Below are positions 34,411 through 46,994 of a DNA stretch of 64,000 bases, in pieces. This DNA is from Eledone cirrhosa (Eukaryota). Within the stretch, counting starts at the first letter, position 1, and every line of letters begins with the position of its first letter. The stretch spans positions 135,408,001-135,472,000 of the forward strand of contig OZ024744.1 in NCBI GenBank assembly GCA_964016885.1, written 5' to 3'. The notes under the pieces are model-generated. The model was not told the DNA's origin, did no database searches, and was given only the letters and a program-made list of their open reading frames with translations. The position numbers and the translations under genes were made by a program.

Positions 34411-36800
34411 TGTGTGGTGGCCTCGTGGTAATTGTGTTGGACTTATTAATCATAATGTCATGGGTGTAATTCCTAGACTGGGTTGTGTGTTGAGTTCTTG
34501 AACAAAACACTTCATTTCACATTACTCCACTATACTAGTGGAGGTATGTGGTGGCCTAGTGGTAAGGGTGTTAGACTGGGTGGTGTGTTGTGTACATGAA
34601 CAAGATATTTCATTTCACATTACCCAAGTATACTACAGTGGAGGTCTGTGGTGGCCTAGTCGTAAGGGTGTTAGACTGGGTTGTGTCTTGTGTTCTTGAA
34701 CAAAACACTTCATTTCACATTACTCCACTATACTACAATGGAGGTATGTGGTGGCCTAGTGGTAAGGGTGTTAGACTGGGTTGTGTGTTGTGTACTTGAA
34801 CAAAATACTTCATTTCACATTACTCCAGTATACTACAGTGGAGGTATGTGGTGGCCTAGTGGTAAGGGTGTTAGACTGGGTTGTGTGTTGTGTTCTTGAA
34901 CAAAATACTTCATTTCACATTACTCCACTATACTACAGTGGAGGTATGTGGTGGCCTAGTGGTAAGAGTTTTAGACTGGGTTTTGTGTTGTGTTCTTGAA
35001 CAAAACACTTCATTTCACATTACCTCAGTATACTACAGTGGAGGTATGTGGTGGCCTAGTGGTAAGGGTGTTAGACTTGATTGCATGTTGAGTACATGAT
35101 CAAGATATTTCATTTCACATTACCCCAGTATACTACAGTGGAGGTATGTGGTGGCCTAGTGGTAAAGGTGTTAGACTGGGTTGTGTGTTGTGTACTTGAA
35201 CAAAACACTTCATTTTACATTACTCCACTATACTACAGTAGAGGTATGTGGTGGCCTAGTGGTAAGGGTGTTAGACTGGGTTGTGTGTTGTGTTCTTGAA
35301 GAAGATAATTCATTTCACATTACTCCACTATACTACAGTAGAGGTATATGGTTGCCTAGTGGTAAGAGTGTTAGACTGGGTTGTGTGTTGTGTACTTGAA
35401 CAACACACTTCATTTCACATTACTCCACTATACTACAGTGGGGGTATGTGGTGGCCTAGTGGTAAGGGTGTTAGACTGGGTTGTGTGTTGTGTACATGAA
35501 CAAGATATTTCATTTCACATTACCCCATTATACTACAGTGGAGTTACGTGGTGGCCGAGTGGTAGGGTGTTAGACTGGGTTGCGTGTTGCGTACTTGAAA
35601 AAAACACTTCATTTCACATTACTACACTATACTACAGTAGATGTATGTGGTGGCCTAGTGGTAACGGTGTTATGGATTGTGTGTTGCGTTCTTGAACAAA
35701 ACACTTCATTTCACAGTACTCCAGTATACTACATTGGAGGTATGTGGTGGCCTAGTGGTAAGGGTGTTAGACTGGGTTGTGTGTTGTGTACTTGAACAAA
35801 ACACTTCATTTCACATTACTCCACTATACTACAGTGGAGGTATGTGGTGGCCTAGTGGTAAGGGTGTTAGACTAGGTTGTGTTTTGTGTACTTGAACAAA
35901 ACACTTCATTTCACATTACCTCAGTATACTACAGTGGAGTTATGTGGTGGCCTAGTGGTAAGGGTGTTAGACTGGGTTGTGTGTTGTGTTCTTGAAGAAG
36001 ATACTTCATTTCACATTACTCCAGTATACTACAGTGGAGGTATGTGGTGGCCTAGTGGTAAGGGTGTTAGACTGGGTTGTGTGTTGTGTACTTGAACAAA
36101 ACACTTCATTCCACAATACTCCAGTATACTACAGTAGAGGTATGTGGTGGCCTAGTGGTAGGGGTGTTAGACTGGATTGTGTGTTGTGTTCTTGAACAAA
36201 ACACTTCATTTCACATTACCCCAGTATACTACAGTGGAGTTATGTGGTGGCCTAGTGGTAAGGGTGTTAGACTGGGTTGTGTGTTGTGTTCTTGAAGAAG
36301 ATACTTCATTTCACATTACTCCAGTATACTACATTGGAGGTATGTGGTGGCCTAGTGGTAAGTGTGTTAGACTGGGTTGTGTGTTGTGTACATGAACAAG
36401 ATATTTCATTTCACATTACTCCAGTATACTACAGTGGAGGTATATGGTGGCCTAGTGGTAAGGGTGTTAGACTGGGTTGTGCGTTGTGTACTTGGACAAA
36501 ACACTTCATTTCACATTACTCCACTATACTACAGTAGAGGTATGTGGTGTCCTAGTGGTAAAGGTGTTAGACTGGGTTGTGTGTTGCGTACTTGAACAAA
36601 ACACTTCATTTCACATTACTACAGTAGAGTTATGTGGCGGCCTAGTGGTAAGGGCGTAAGACTGGGTTGTATGTTGTGTACTTGAACAAAACACTTCATT
36701 TCACATTACTCCAGTATACTGAGCTGACAATGAGTAGCAGCAGTAGGTGGGAGTTTAACCCTGCAATGGACTGTTTTCCTATGCAGAGGGAAGTCACGTA
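34411..36800 (+). repeat. 100-bp tandem array (about 22 units) derived from a tRNA-SINE head and body
   Basis: Unit GGAGGTATGTGGTGGCCTAGTGGTAAGGGTGTTAGACTGGGTTGTGTGTTGTGTACTTGAACAAAACACTTCATTTCACATTACTCCACTATACTACAGT. The first unit keeps the whole tRNA-like head and the last runs into SINE 3' sequence. Confidence 0.92.
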
Positions 36801-36962
36801 CTCTCTGTCACTTCACAGAGGATGACCTCTTTTTCATATGATGGATGCAACCATGTTGAGGCTATTGACATGCCTCGTAAAGGTAACATTGGCCTGACAA
36901 AGCAATTCCAAAGTACACAATGGAGAACACAATCCATTGGTTTGCATACAGAATAAAGAATA

Positions 36963-37075
36963 TTCTGGCCATATCACACTGAAAACACTGCTTCTCGTCT
37001 GATCACCCAAGTTAAGCAATGTCGAGCCTAGTTAGTAATTAGATGGGTGACTGCTTGGGAAATATAGTTGCTTTC
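36963..37075 (+). pseudogene. 5S rRNA pseudogene
   Basis: GGCCATATCACACTGAAAACACTGCTTCTCGTCTGATCACCCAAGTTAAGCAATGTCGAGCCTAGTTAGTAATTAGATGGGTGACTGCTTGGGAA follows metazoan 5S rRNA, with many CpG-type transitions and a degenerate 3' end. Confidence 0.85.
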
Positions 37076-37103
37076 CTTTTGATGATGATGATGAAATACT
37101 TAC

Positions 37104-37279
37104 ACATAGTTTGTAGTCATTTGTTGTGGCACATCAGTAGCTGCCCCTACCATAATAAATGAATTGCTAGGTGAGTTCAAGTCCCAGAATCTAACCCGCA
37201 TGTCTGATCCTCCAGTTATCATAAACACACTGTTGTCAGTGGCTGCGATGTACATGCCATAAACAGATTCATCGCTTGA
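37104..37279 (-). CDS. PIK3R4: PIK3R4/Vps15 internal exon (WD40)
   Basis: CTTTTTCACAG|...|GTAAGT. Reads SSDESVYGMYIAATDNSVFMITGGSDMRVRFWDLNSPSNSFIMVGAATDVPQQMTTNY, phase 0 to 2. Confidence 0.92.
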
Positions 37280-37336
37280 CTGTGAAAAAGAGAAAAGAGA
37301 AAAATTAGGGGAAGAAAGATGATTTAAATGACAGGA

Positions 37337-37560
37337 AACTACACTGCCGACACCAAACTACACCGTTGACACCAAACTACACTGTTGACAGCAAACTACA
37401 CTGTTGACAGCAAACTAAACTGTTGACAGCAAACTACACTACCGACACCAAACAAACACTGCCGACACCAAACTACACTTGACAGCAGACTACACTGCTG
37501 ACACCAAACTACACTGTTGACAGCAAACTCACTGTTGACACCAAACTACACTGTTGACAC
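37337..37560 (+). repeat. 19-bp minisatellite
   Basis: Unit ACTGTTGACA(G/C)CAAACTAC, about 11-12 copies. Confidence 0.9.
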
Positions 37561-37995
37561 TACTCTTTGTTCTATCATACAAAACTGTTTATGTTAAAGT
37601 GTTTATATTTATCTAAAAACCTTCCATCATAATTTTATGTAAGAACCTTTGTTAAGTACATCCCATACACCGGCACAATTAGAAAGATAGGTATATTACT
37701 AAATTGCCTCAGATCTTTAATTATTTTCAAAATTATTTCAAAATGATGACAGTGTCTTTCATTAGAAATATGGTAATGAAAGGGTTAATGTCATAGACAG
37801 TGTCTTTCATTAGAAATATGGAAATGAAAGGGTTAATGGCATAGACAGTGTCTTTCATTAGAAATAAGGTAATGGAAGGGTTAATGACATAGACAGTGTC
37901 TTTCATTAGAAATATGGTAATGGAAGGGTTAATGACATAGACAGTGTCTTTCATTAGATATATGGTAATGAAAGGGTTAATGACATAGACAGTGT

Positions 37996-40900
37996 AACGT
38001 ACATATTTCATTTTCTTCTCAACTCTCCACATTCGGTTCATTCATCTATATATCTTACAATCACCCAGAATCAAAAAATCGTATTCAAAATTGGCTTTCT
38101 ATAATTCTGTTCTGTCTCACCGTTGTTCTAAAAATAATTCTGCTCCTCGCATCTATATATCTTACAATCCCCCAGAATCAAAAAATCGTGTTCATATTTG
38201 TTTGTCTTTCTATAATTCTAAATAATATTCCCGCAACCATTTTGGCCGAAAAATTATTCCAGGTTAAATTAGGGATTGGCCTCTCTCTCTCTCTCGGTCT
38301 GCTGAAATCGCCTCTGACCCTTCTCACCCCCTCATTCTCACTATCATATACGCTGCTCTCACACTCCCCCTCACTCCCTGCCAACCAAATATAAATAAGT
38401 CTTGTTACGGGGGACTAAACTCAGAATTTGTCAACTATTATTGATGGTCGCTTGTTTAGTTTTCTTCTACGAAATGTAATGTACATATTTCATTTTCTTC
38501 TCAACTCTCCACATTCGGTTCATTCATCTATATATCTTACAATCCCCCAGAATCAAAAAATCGTATTCAAAATTGGCTTTCTATAATTCTGTTCTGTCTC
38601 ACCGTTGTTCTAAAAATAATTCTGCTCCTCGCAAACTAACCCATACCGCTCCCTCCCGCCCCCATTCTCCACCTTATTATTTGGACCAATCACAAGTAAA
38701 CGACCTATGCTAGCACTTCTGGTTGCTTTTTCGATATGATGGATGAACTAGGGAATTTCTGGAGAGTCAGAAGAATCTGGACACCCGAAGACAATGCAAA
38801 AGATAACGACAAATTCACCTCATGCTGCCGGACGAAAGGGCAAAGCCCCACCCTTTTTGTTGTGGCCGCGGATGGCCAACATAACCCCAACCCCATCAAC
38901 CTCACCCCTCCCTGCACCCCACCCACCAAACGCAATCCAAAACTTCAGAGTTGGTACCATGAATGTAGGGACCTTAAAAGGCCGCTCAAACGAGGTTGTA
39001 GAAATGCTTGAACGTAAGGAGGTTGATGTCTGCTGTATCCAAGAGACCAGGTGGAGGGGTGGGTCTGCTAGATTCATTGTGGGTAAAAAACGATGCTATA
39101 AGCTTTTCTGGGTAGGAAATGACAATGGGCTGGGTGGGGTAGGAATCATGTTAGCAGAAAAATGGGTGGATAAGATAATAGACGTAAATAGAGTAAACGA
39201 CAGAATAATTAAAATAAGACTTGTTCTAAATAGAACTACTGTGATGATAATATCTGCGTACGCGCCCCAATCGAGACTGCCTGGCGCTATAAAAGACACT
39301 TTCTATGAGACACTGATGCTCACTACCTCCCAAATAACCGACAGTGACTATATAATTATTGCTGGTGACCTAAATGGTCACGTTGGACAACATTGTGACG
39401 GCTATGATGGAATCCATGGAGGCTATGGGTTTGGTACTAGAAATGAGGAAGGCTCCAGAATCCTGGAATTCTGTGACGCAAATAACCTAACTATTTGTAA
39501 CACTAACTTCAAAAAACGAGACAATCACTTGATCACCTACAGATCAGGGGAACATACCAGCCAGATAGATTATATCCTTACCAGAAGACGTGACAGAGTG
39601 ACTGTTGTAAACACTAAATCCCTCCCCCATGAAGAATGCACCTCCCAACATAGACTGATAATTAGCGACCTCATAGTCAGGACGAGACGTACTCGACAGC
39701 AGAAGAGGACTATCCTCAGGAGAAAAATATGGAAGCTAAAGGACCCCACAGCCAGAAATAAATTTCAAAGCATATTACTTGATGCTTTCGACAGTAACGA
39801 AGAGCATTTAGAGTCGTACAATATAGAGGAACAGTGGGAATTCCTGAAAGCAAACCTGCTGATGGCGGCAGACAAAGTCTGTGGCCGGAGCAGGCCTATA
39901 GGCAGGAGGAGAGTAACATGGTGGTGGAACAGTAAGGTGGAGGAGTCGATTAAGGCCAAAAAGCAGGCTTGGAAAGTATGGCGGGATGGGGGAAGTAGAG
40001 AAGACTATCAAGTGGCCAGGAGGGAAGCTAGGAGACAAGTGTACTTCGCAAGAAGGGAAGCAGAGGAAAGAAAGTTCAAGCATGTTCTACAACGCGAGGA
40101 CCAAAAACGTGAGGTGTACAGGATTACTAGGCAATGTGTCAAGGAAAACCGTGATATTGTCGGGAAGAAGTGTGTACTTGATGATGATGGTGTACTTGCC
40201 ATCACTGACGCTGATAAGAAGGTCTCTTGGAAGTGTCACTACGAGAGGCTACTAAATGAGGAGAATAAATGGGAGAAGGATAGTCTGCCCCAGATCGATC
40301 CAATAGAGGGACCAGCAGTGTTAGTTGAAGGTAGTATAATAAGTAAGGCAATCAAAGATATGAAGACGGGTAAGGCGGCTGGGCCTTCGGAAATAGTTGC
40401 TGAGATGCTGAAGGTCTCTGGAACGGTGGGACACACCATGGTCACCTGGATAGTTAACCAAGTCGTACAGAATGGGGTTGTTCCGAAGGACTGGCGTAGC
40501 AGCATCATCATTAACTGTTACAAGGGTAAAGGAGACGCCCTAGATAGGAGTAACTATAGAGGCATTAAATTAATCGACCAGGTCATGAAGGTCACGGAAA
40601 AAGTAATAGTGCAACTAATCAGAGAGAGAATCGATCTAGATGAAATGCAGTTCGGGTTTGTGTCAGGCAAAAGTACCACAGACGCTCTTTTCATTGTACG
40701 ACAACTACAGGAGAAGTACCTAGCTAAAAGTAAACCCCTATACTTAGCCTTTGTCGACTTGGAGAAAGCCTTCGACAGAGTCCACCGTTCCATTATCTGG
40801 TGGGCTCTTAGAAAACTAGGTGTTGACGAATGGCTTGTGAGAGCTATACAAGCCATGTATAAAGAAACAGTCAGCAAGGTTAGAATTAACAGCGAATATA

Positions 40901-42459
40901 GTGAAGAGTTTAGCGTAAAAGTTGGTGTCCATCAGGGCTCTGTTCTTAGCCCCCTACTATTTATTATTGCCCTTCAGGCTATAACAAAGGAGTTCAAGAC
41001 TGGCTGCCCATGGGAACTCCTATACGCAGATGATCTAACGCTCATAGCTGAATCAATGGCCGAGCTAGAGAAGAAATTCCAAACATGGAAGCACGGCCTA
41101 GAATCAAAAGGCCTTAAAATTAACCTGGCTAAGACTAAAGTTCTAGTTTGTAGGAAAATAAGGCGCCGGTCCCTTCCGGGAAATGGCCATGCTCAGTGTG
41201 TAGGAAAGGCGTAGGTAGAAACTCCATTTTATGTCCCAAATGCAAAGTATGGGTGCATAAAAGATGTAGTGGGATCACAGGTAAGCTAACTAAGAACACA
41301 GATTTTATATGTGGCCGGTGCTCTGGTGCAATAAGTAGCAGCAAGTGCCCACAGAATACTAGCTCTTTCAATTGCGCAGAGAGTTCTATAGAAATAGTGG
41401 ACAGCTTCCGTTACCTGGGTGACAAAATCAGCAGTGGGGGAGGGTGCTCTGAAAGTACAGTAGCTAGAGTCAGAACTGGATGGAAAAAGTTCAGAGAGCT
41501 TATACCACTATTAGCCGCTAAAGGGTTCTCCCTAAAAATGAAAGGCAGGTTGTATGATGCCTGCATACGAACAGCAATGTTGCATGGCAGTGAGACCTGG
41601 GCATTGTGTGCAGAGGATATACGCAGACTAGAGAGGAACGAAGCTTGCATGCTCCGCTGGATGTGTAACAGTAATGTACGTGAACGGCAAAGCATAAACA
41701 AACTAAGGAAAAAATTAGAAATAAGAGGGATCAGATGTTGTTTACTCGAGAGAAGGCTACGTTGGTATGGTCATGTGATGCGCATGAAAGACGACAGCTG
41801 TATAGCAAAGTGCAGGGCAATAAAGATAGATGGTAGCCACGGAGTAGGCAGACCCAGAAAAACCTGGGACGAGCTGATAAATTCCGACCTCACACACTTA
41901 CACCTCTCCAAGACAATGTCACTGGACCGAGACCTTTGGCGGTACTCAGTAATAGAGAAGACCCGCCTTACCTAAATACAAAGTAAAACCTACTACATCA
42001 GCAGGCATCTCTAACAAAATACACCCCCATCCACACCGCCCCTTTCAATGTAAAGTTATGTTGGTGCCACAACATCCAGGCCGAAACATATGAGATCGTG
42101 TAGGTGTCATGACAAAAAAAACACACAGTCCACGCTGTGATGTGGCCGTGTAGGTAACACGGTAAAAACCTCCCAGACCCACACTGTAAATGTGGTTGGT
42201 GTTAGGAAGGGCATCCAGCTGTAGAAAACCCGCCAGACAGTCCACGCTGTAATGTGGCCGTGTAGGCAACACGGTAAAAACCTCCCAACCCCACACTGTA
42301 AATGTGGTTGGTGTTAGGAAGGGCATCCAACTGTAGAAAACCCGCCAGACAGTCCTATGCGAGCAAGACAACCACTCTTGCCTCAAGTGGGAAAACTCCC
42401 GTCCAAACCCATGCAAGCGTGGAACAGGGACGTTAAACGATGATGATGATGATGATGAT
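37996..42459 (+). mobile_element. RTE-clade LINE, subfamily A, full length
   Basis: One APE-RT reading frame with a single frameshift, a 3'UTR, a (GAT)n tail, and an 8-bp TSD GACAGTGT at 37988-37995 and 42460-42467. Confidence 0.95.
38794..41975 (+). pseudogene. RTE ORF (APE, RT, Cys-rich insert), one frameshift at ~41157
   Basis: ORFs 38794..41214 and 41196..41975. A 4-bp deletion relative to the sister copy near 28230-28245 explains the shift. Confidence 0.93.
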
Positions 42460-42679
42460 GACAGTGTCTTTCATTAGAAATATGGTAATGGAAGGGTTAA
42501 TGACATAGACAGTGTCTTTCATTAGAAATATGGTAAATGAAAGGGTTAAACGTACTATAAGCTTATCCTATACTATATTATAGTATAGAGATATAGTGTT
42601 TATATACTATATAATAGTGCAGACTATTTTATATGCAATACTAGACAATAATACACGAGAGAGTTGTAATGTTACATAC

Positions 42680-42837
42680 ATCTCTGTGAGACAGAGCTGG
42701 GGAATTACTGGCCCAGAGAGCCTTCTGTCTAGCGCCCGTCTCCACCTCCCACATTGACACTTCATTATTACCCTGAACTGCAGAGAGGACCCAAGACTGC
42801 TGTTGGGGATGCATCATAACACGCCGGATCCAAACAT
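42680..42837 (-). CDS. PIK3R4: PIK3R4/Vps15 internal exon (WD40)
   Basis: TTTTCTTTACAG|...|GTATGT. Reads [52 protein letters not shown], with the Vps15 signature [11 protein letters not shown]. Confidence 0.95.
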
Positions 42838-43049
42838 CTGTAAAGAAAACATATATATATATATAACAACTTGAAGCTGAAGACTGTGTTTTTGGATTAA
42901 CTCTAGTCAAGTCTAACAATATTGTTATATCGTTGAAAACTGTCTTTGGATTAACATGTACCACATTCCTGACTATATCATCAGTTAATTCCCCTCCAGG
43001 AGCTTCTTTGAACTCTAGTCAGGTCTAACAATATTGTTATATATTACTA

Positions 43050-43895
43050 TAGTGGAGGATAAGTGCAACGACGTTCTCGGGGAAACTCTAGGCATCGAGG
43101 AGGACGAACTGACCAATCTGTTCGGGAGGACTTTCCGTCCAGGGCCTATGGATAACTTCCAGAGATCTCTGGCCTGGCAGTGCTACCGAGGAGCTCTACC
43201 AGTTCGAGACAAAATCTACAGGCACGGACGCCCTGGCCAAAAGGGCCTGTCCAAGATGCGAGCAGGACATCGAAACCGTTCTGCACGCAATTGTTCAGTG
43301 CCCAACGTAACCGACCTGTGGAATTACGTCGAACAGCTACTGTCACGTGTGGGACGCATCCAGTTGTCAGCCGAGTCCATCGTGAGGATCACCCCGCCGC
43401 CTTCATTTAAGAATGAAGGAGAGGCGGTTTTTCTCTGTCTGGTGGCTATGGCGAAAGAGGTAATATGGTGGACGAGGTTAAAAGGACTGAGGGCAAACAC
43501 CTTTCTCTCCGGACAACAACTTATCCACTTCTTTAAGTATCACTTCAGAAGGAAGGTGAGAGTGGAGAGAGAGGTGCTACACCCCAGTAAATTCGCTGAA
43601 AGGTGGGTGAATATGGCAAAAATGGCCCGAGTGAATGGGCCTTCTCTGTATATAAACCTGTAGGTGAGGAAGATAAACAGAGGGAAGACAGGAACACCTA
43701 CAAAACGTGTTCCTGGTGTTGAGGGTTGTTCTATCGGGGTGTAAAACAACCCTGCAGTAACGTTACCCGCTATTGGGGATTTCAATTGTTATTTTATTAT
43801 ATAAAGTTTATTGTTATTTAGTAATGTTAAAGTTATATTTATGTAAAAACCCCGCCATCACCTCTTGCAATGTCCCTTGGCAAATAAAGATATCT
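43050..43895 (+). mobile_element. Tx1/L1-clade LINE 3' fragment, same family as 11033-14440
   Basis: LGETLG.EEDEL..LFGRTFRPGPMDNFQ.SLAWQCYRGALPVRDK, a CCHC region, and a 3'UTR ending GGCAAATAAAGA. TATTACTA on both flanks is a possible TSD. Confidence 0.9.
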
Positions 43896-43970
43896 ATTAC
43901 TACAGCCATATCACTGAAGACTGTGTCTTTGGGTTAACATTGTTGTTATTATTAATATAAAACAATTAAC

Positions 43971-44080
43971 CTCAAATCCCGCCGAGGTTAACTTTGCCTT
44001 TCATCCTTACGGGGTCGATAAAATAAAGTACCAGTAATGTACTGGGTAATTGATGGCCTTGTGCCAAAAGTAGAAACAAT
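43971..44080 (+). mobile_element. 5'-truncated Meta-type SINE
   Basis: Central domain and tail as in 3590-3776. ATTATTAATATAAAACAAT occurs on both flanks as a probable TSD. Confidence 0.85.
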
Positions 44081-44121
44081 TATTAATATAAAACAATGTT
44101 GTATTAAAATAGTTGTGTTAC

Positions 44122-44247
44122 CTGCAGGATGTTTGATTGTAGCAATTGGAAGGTGGAACCTCATATCCCAGCAAATGTGAGCCCCGTTGCTGGTCCCACT
44201 CGCCAGCCAACACTGAGACTGGTGGATGGCAAAGGATGTTATTAAAC
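44122..44247 (-). CDS. PIK3R4: PIK3R4/Vps15 internal exon (WD40)
   Basis: TTTATTTTAAAG|...|GTAACA. Reads [42 protein letters not shown], phase 1 to 1. Confidence 0.95.
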
Positions 44248-44664
44248 CTTTAAAATAAAGACAATAAGAAGACATATATGAATGTCAGGACATGGATGAA
44301 CTGAGAGAAACTAGGTATAAGAGGGAGCAGATGTAGGAGAGGAGACTGTGTTGGTATAGACATGTGATGTGTATGGATGAACTGAGAGAGAAACTAGGTA
44401 TAAGAGGGAGCAGATGTAGGAGAGGATACTGTGTTGGTATAGACATGGGATGTGTATATGTTTGTATTATTTGGAAGACTGACTGGAATAGTGTTGAGGC
44501 TGGCATACACATTCTGCAAATAGGAAAGTCATTACTAACATGATGTACGAGAGGGTGCTGGGGGCTTAATTGTTGCAACAGAGTCCTGGTTGGTGACCCC
44601 CATCTTACGAGTTCTTTTTACAGGGCTTATAAAACCTAAAGGACCGCTGCAATAAGTGTGTAAA

Positions 44665-46122
44665 TCATCATCGTTTAACGTCCATATTCCAATCTTGCAT
44701 GGGTTTGGACGGGAGTTTTCCCACTTGAGGCAAGAGTGGTTGTCTTGCTCGCATAGGACTGTCTGGCGGGTTTTCTACAGCTGGATGCCCTTCCTAACAC
44801 CAACCACATTTACAGTGTGGAACTGGGAGGTTTTTACCGTGTTACCCACACGGCCACATTACAGCGTGGACTGTGTGTTTTTTTGTCGTGACACCTACAT
44901 GACCTCATTTGTTTCGGGCTGGATGTTGTGGTACCAACATAACTTTACATTGAAAGGGGTGGTAAGGGTGGGGTGGGGGAAGTGGGACGGGGGTGTATTT
45001 TGTTAGAGGTGCCTACTGACTGTAGTAGGTTTCACTTTGTACTTAGGTGGGTCTTCTCTATTACTGGGTAGCGCCAAAGGTCTCGGTCCAGTGACATTGT
45101 CTTGGAGAGGTGTAAGTGTGTGAGGTCGGAATTTATCAAGTCGTCCCAGGTTTTTCTGGGTCTGCCTACTCCGTGGCTACCGTCTATCTTTATTGCCCTG
45201 CACTTTGTTATACAGCTGTCGTCTTTCATGCGCATCACGTGACCATACCAACGTAGCCTTCTCTCGTGTAAACAACATCTGATCCCTCTTATTTCAAATT
45301 TTTCCCTTAGTTCGTTTATGCTTTGCCGTTCACGTATATTACTATTACACATCCAGTGGAGCATGCAAGCTTCGTCCTCTCCAGTCTGCGTATATCCTCT
45401 GCACACAATGCCCAGGTCTCACTGCCATGCAACATTGCTGTTCGTATGCAGGAACCATACAGCCTGCCTTTCATTTTTAGGGAGAACCCTTTTGCGGCTA
45501 ATAGTGGTATAAGCTCTCTGAACTTTTTCCATCCAGTTCTGACTCTAGCTACTGTACTTTCAGAGCACCCTCCCCCACTGCTGATTTTGTCACCCAGGTA
45601 ACGGAAACTGTCCACTATTTCTATAGAACCATCTGTGCAATGGAGTGAGCTAGTATTCTGTGGGCACTTGCTGCTACTTATTGCACCAGAGCACCGGCCA
45701 CATATAAAATCTATGTTCTTAGTTAGCTTACCTGTGATCCCACTACATCTTTTATGCACCCATACTTTGCATTTGGGACATAAAATGGAGTTTCTACCTA
45801 CTCCATTCCTACACACTGAGCATGACCATTTCCTGGATGGGACCGGCGCCCTATTTTCCTTCCTACAAACTAGAACTTTAGTCTTAGACAGGTTAATTTT
45901 AAGGCCTTTTGACTCTATGCCATTCATCAACACCTAGTTTTCTAAGAGCCCACCAGATAATGGAACGGAGGACTCTGTCGAAGGCTTTCTCCAAGTCGAC
46001 AAAAGCTAGGTATAGGGGTTTACTTTTAACTAGGTACTTCTCTTGCAGTTGTCGTACAATGAAAAGAGCGTCTGTGGTACTTTTACCTGACACAAACCCG
46101 AACTGCATTTCATCTAGATCAA
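44665..46122 (-). mobile_element. RTE-clade LINE, subfamily A, 5'-truncated with an internal deletion
   Basis: RT fragments (ORFs 45899..46243, 45316..45933, 45032..45406) and a 3'UTR. LGVDEW joins directly to GIESKGLK. Confidence 0.92.
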
Positions 46123-46296
46123 TATGTTGAATAAAATCATAATTGACTGATCCTCTGGTACATTTTTTTACACAAAGCCAGGAACTTTTCAGCACCCCTC
46201 TGTTGTTTGACCAAAAAGATTTTATTTCAAATGTTTGGTTCACTACTTAATGTATGTTAACAACTACATAACTTTGTAATTTGAAAATGTTACAGT

Positions 46297-46493
46297 CCCA
46301 AACACAGAAAATAACTGTAATATCAGTCAATTGCTATAGATAATAGCTGGGAAAATTAGGTAATTAGTAATTAGCCTTAGAAACGGGCACCTCTGTCAAC
46401 CCTTTTTCTGCCTCTAGAGGTAATTTATCTAATTTCCCTCAACTATTAATTATAGTGATTGATTGCTGTTATAGTCATTTTCTGTGTTTGGGA
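46297..46493. repeat. Small MITE-like imperfect inverted repeat
   Basis: TCCCAAACACAGAAAAT.. and ..ATTTTCTGTGTTTGGGA termini, with further imperfect pairing inward. Confidence 0.65.
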
Positions 46494-46514
46494 TTTAGAT
46501 AGAAGATGGATAGA

Positions 46515-46636
46515 GAGCTTTAGCGGGCTTACGTAAAGACAGAGGGTAACCTAGCTGAGCTTTAGAGGGCTTACGTAAAGACAGAGGGTGACCTAGCTGA
46601 GCTTTAGAGGGCTTATGTAAAGACAGAGGGTGACCT
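46515..46636 (+). repeat. 42-bp tandem repeat, 3 units
   Basis: Unit GAGCTTTAGAGGGCTTACGTAAAGACAGAGGGTGACCTAGCT. Confidence 0.85.
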
Positions 46637-46994
46637 GGTAGTTGGTTTAGATGGAAGATAGATAGATGGATAAAGAGATATTCAGATCATCATCATCATT
46701 TAACGTCTATCTTCCACACTAGCATGGGTTAGACAGGTTTGTCCCCTTTAGAGGCAAGTTGGGTCGAGTGACTGTGTCTCACTCATATAGGACTGTTTGT
46801 GGTTGGTTTACTACAGCTGGATGATCTTACTAGCGCCAACCATATTTACAGTGTGTGCTGGGTGCCATTTCTGGTACCAACATAACACATATATATATAT
46901 ATGTATATATATACACACACTTATATATATATACACACATATATATATCATTATAATAGTATATATATATATATTTGTGTGTATATACACATAT

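Larger units (their letters stand above)
37746..42550 (+). repeat. 48-bp minisatellite split by an RTE insertion (37746-37995 and 42460-42550)
   Basis: Unit GACAGTGTCTTTCATTAGAAATATGGTAATGAAAGGGTTAATGACATA on both sides of the LINE. Confidence 0.88.

Noticed and set aside
34411-36720. Regular array resembling CRISPR or a tRNA gene cluster
   Set aside because: There are no unique spacers and no cas genes, the context is eukaryotic, and the units lack a B-box and cloverleaf. It is a SINE-derived satellite.
44290-44460. ~80-bp tandem duplication
   Set aside because: It is a decayed RTE RT-tail fragment (ELREKLGIRG..RRL.WY.HVM) duplicated locally, not a separate element.
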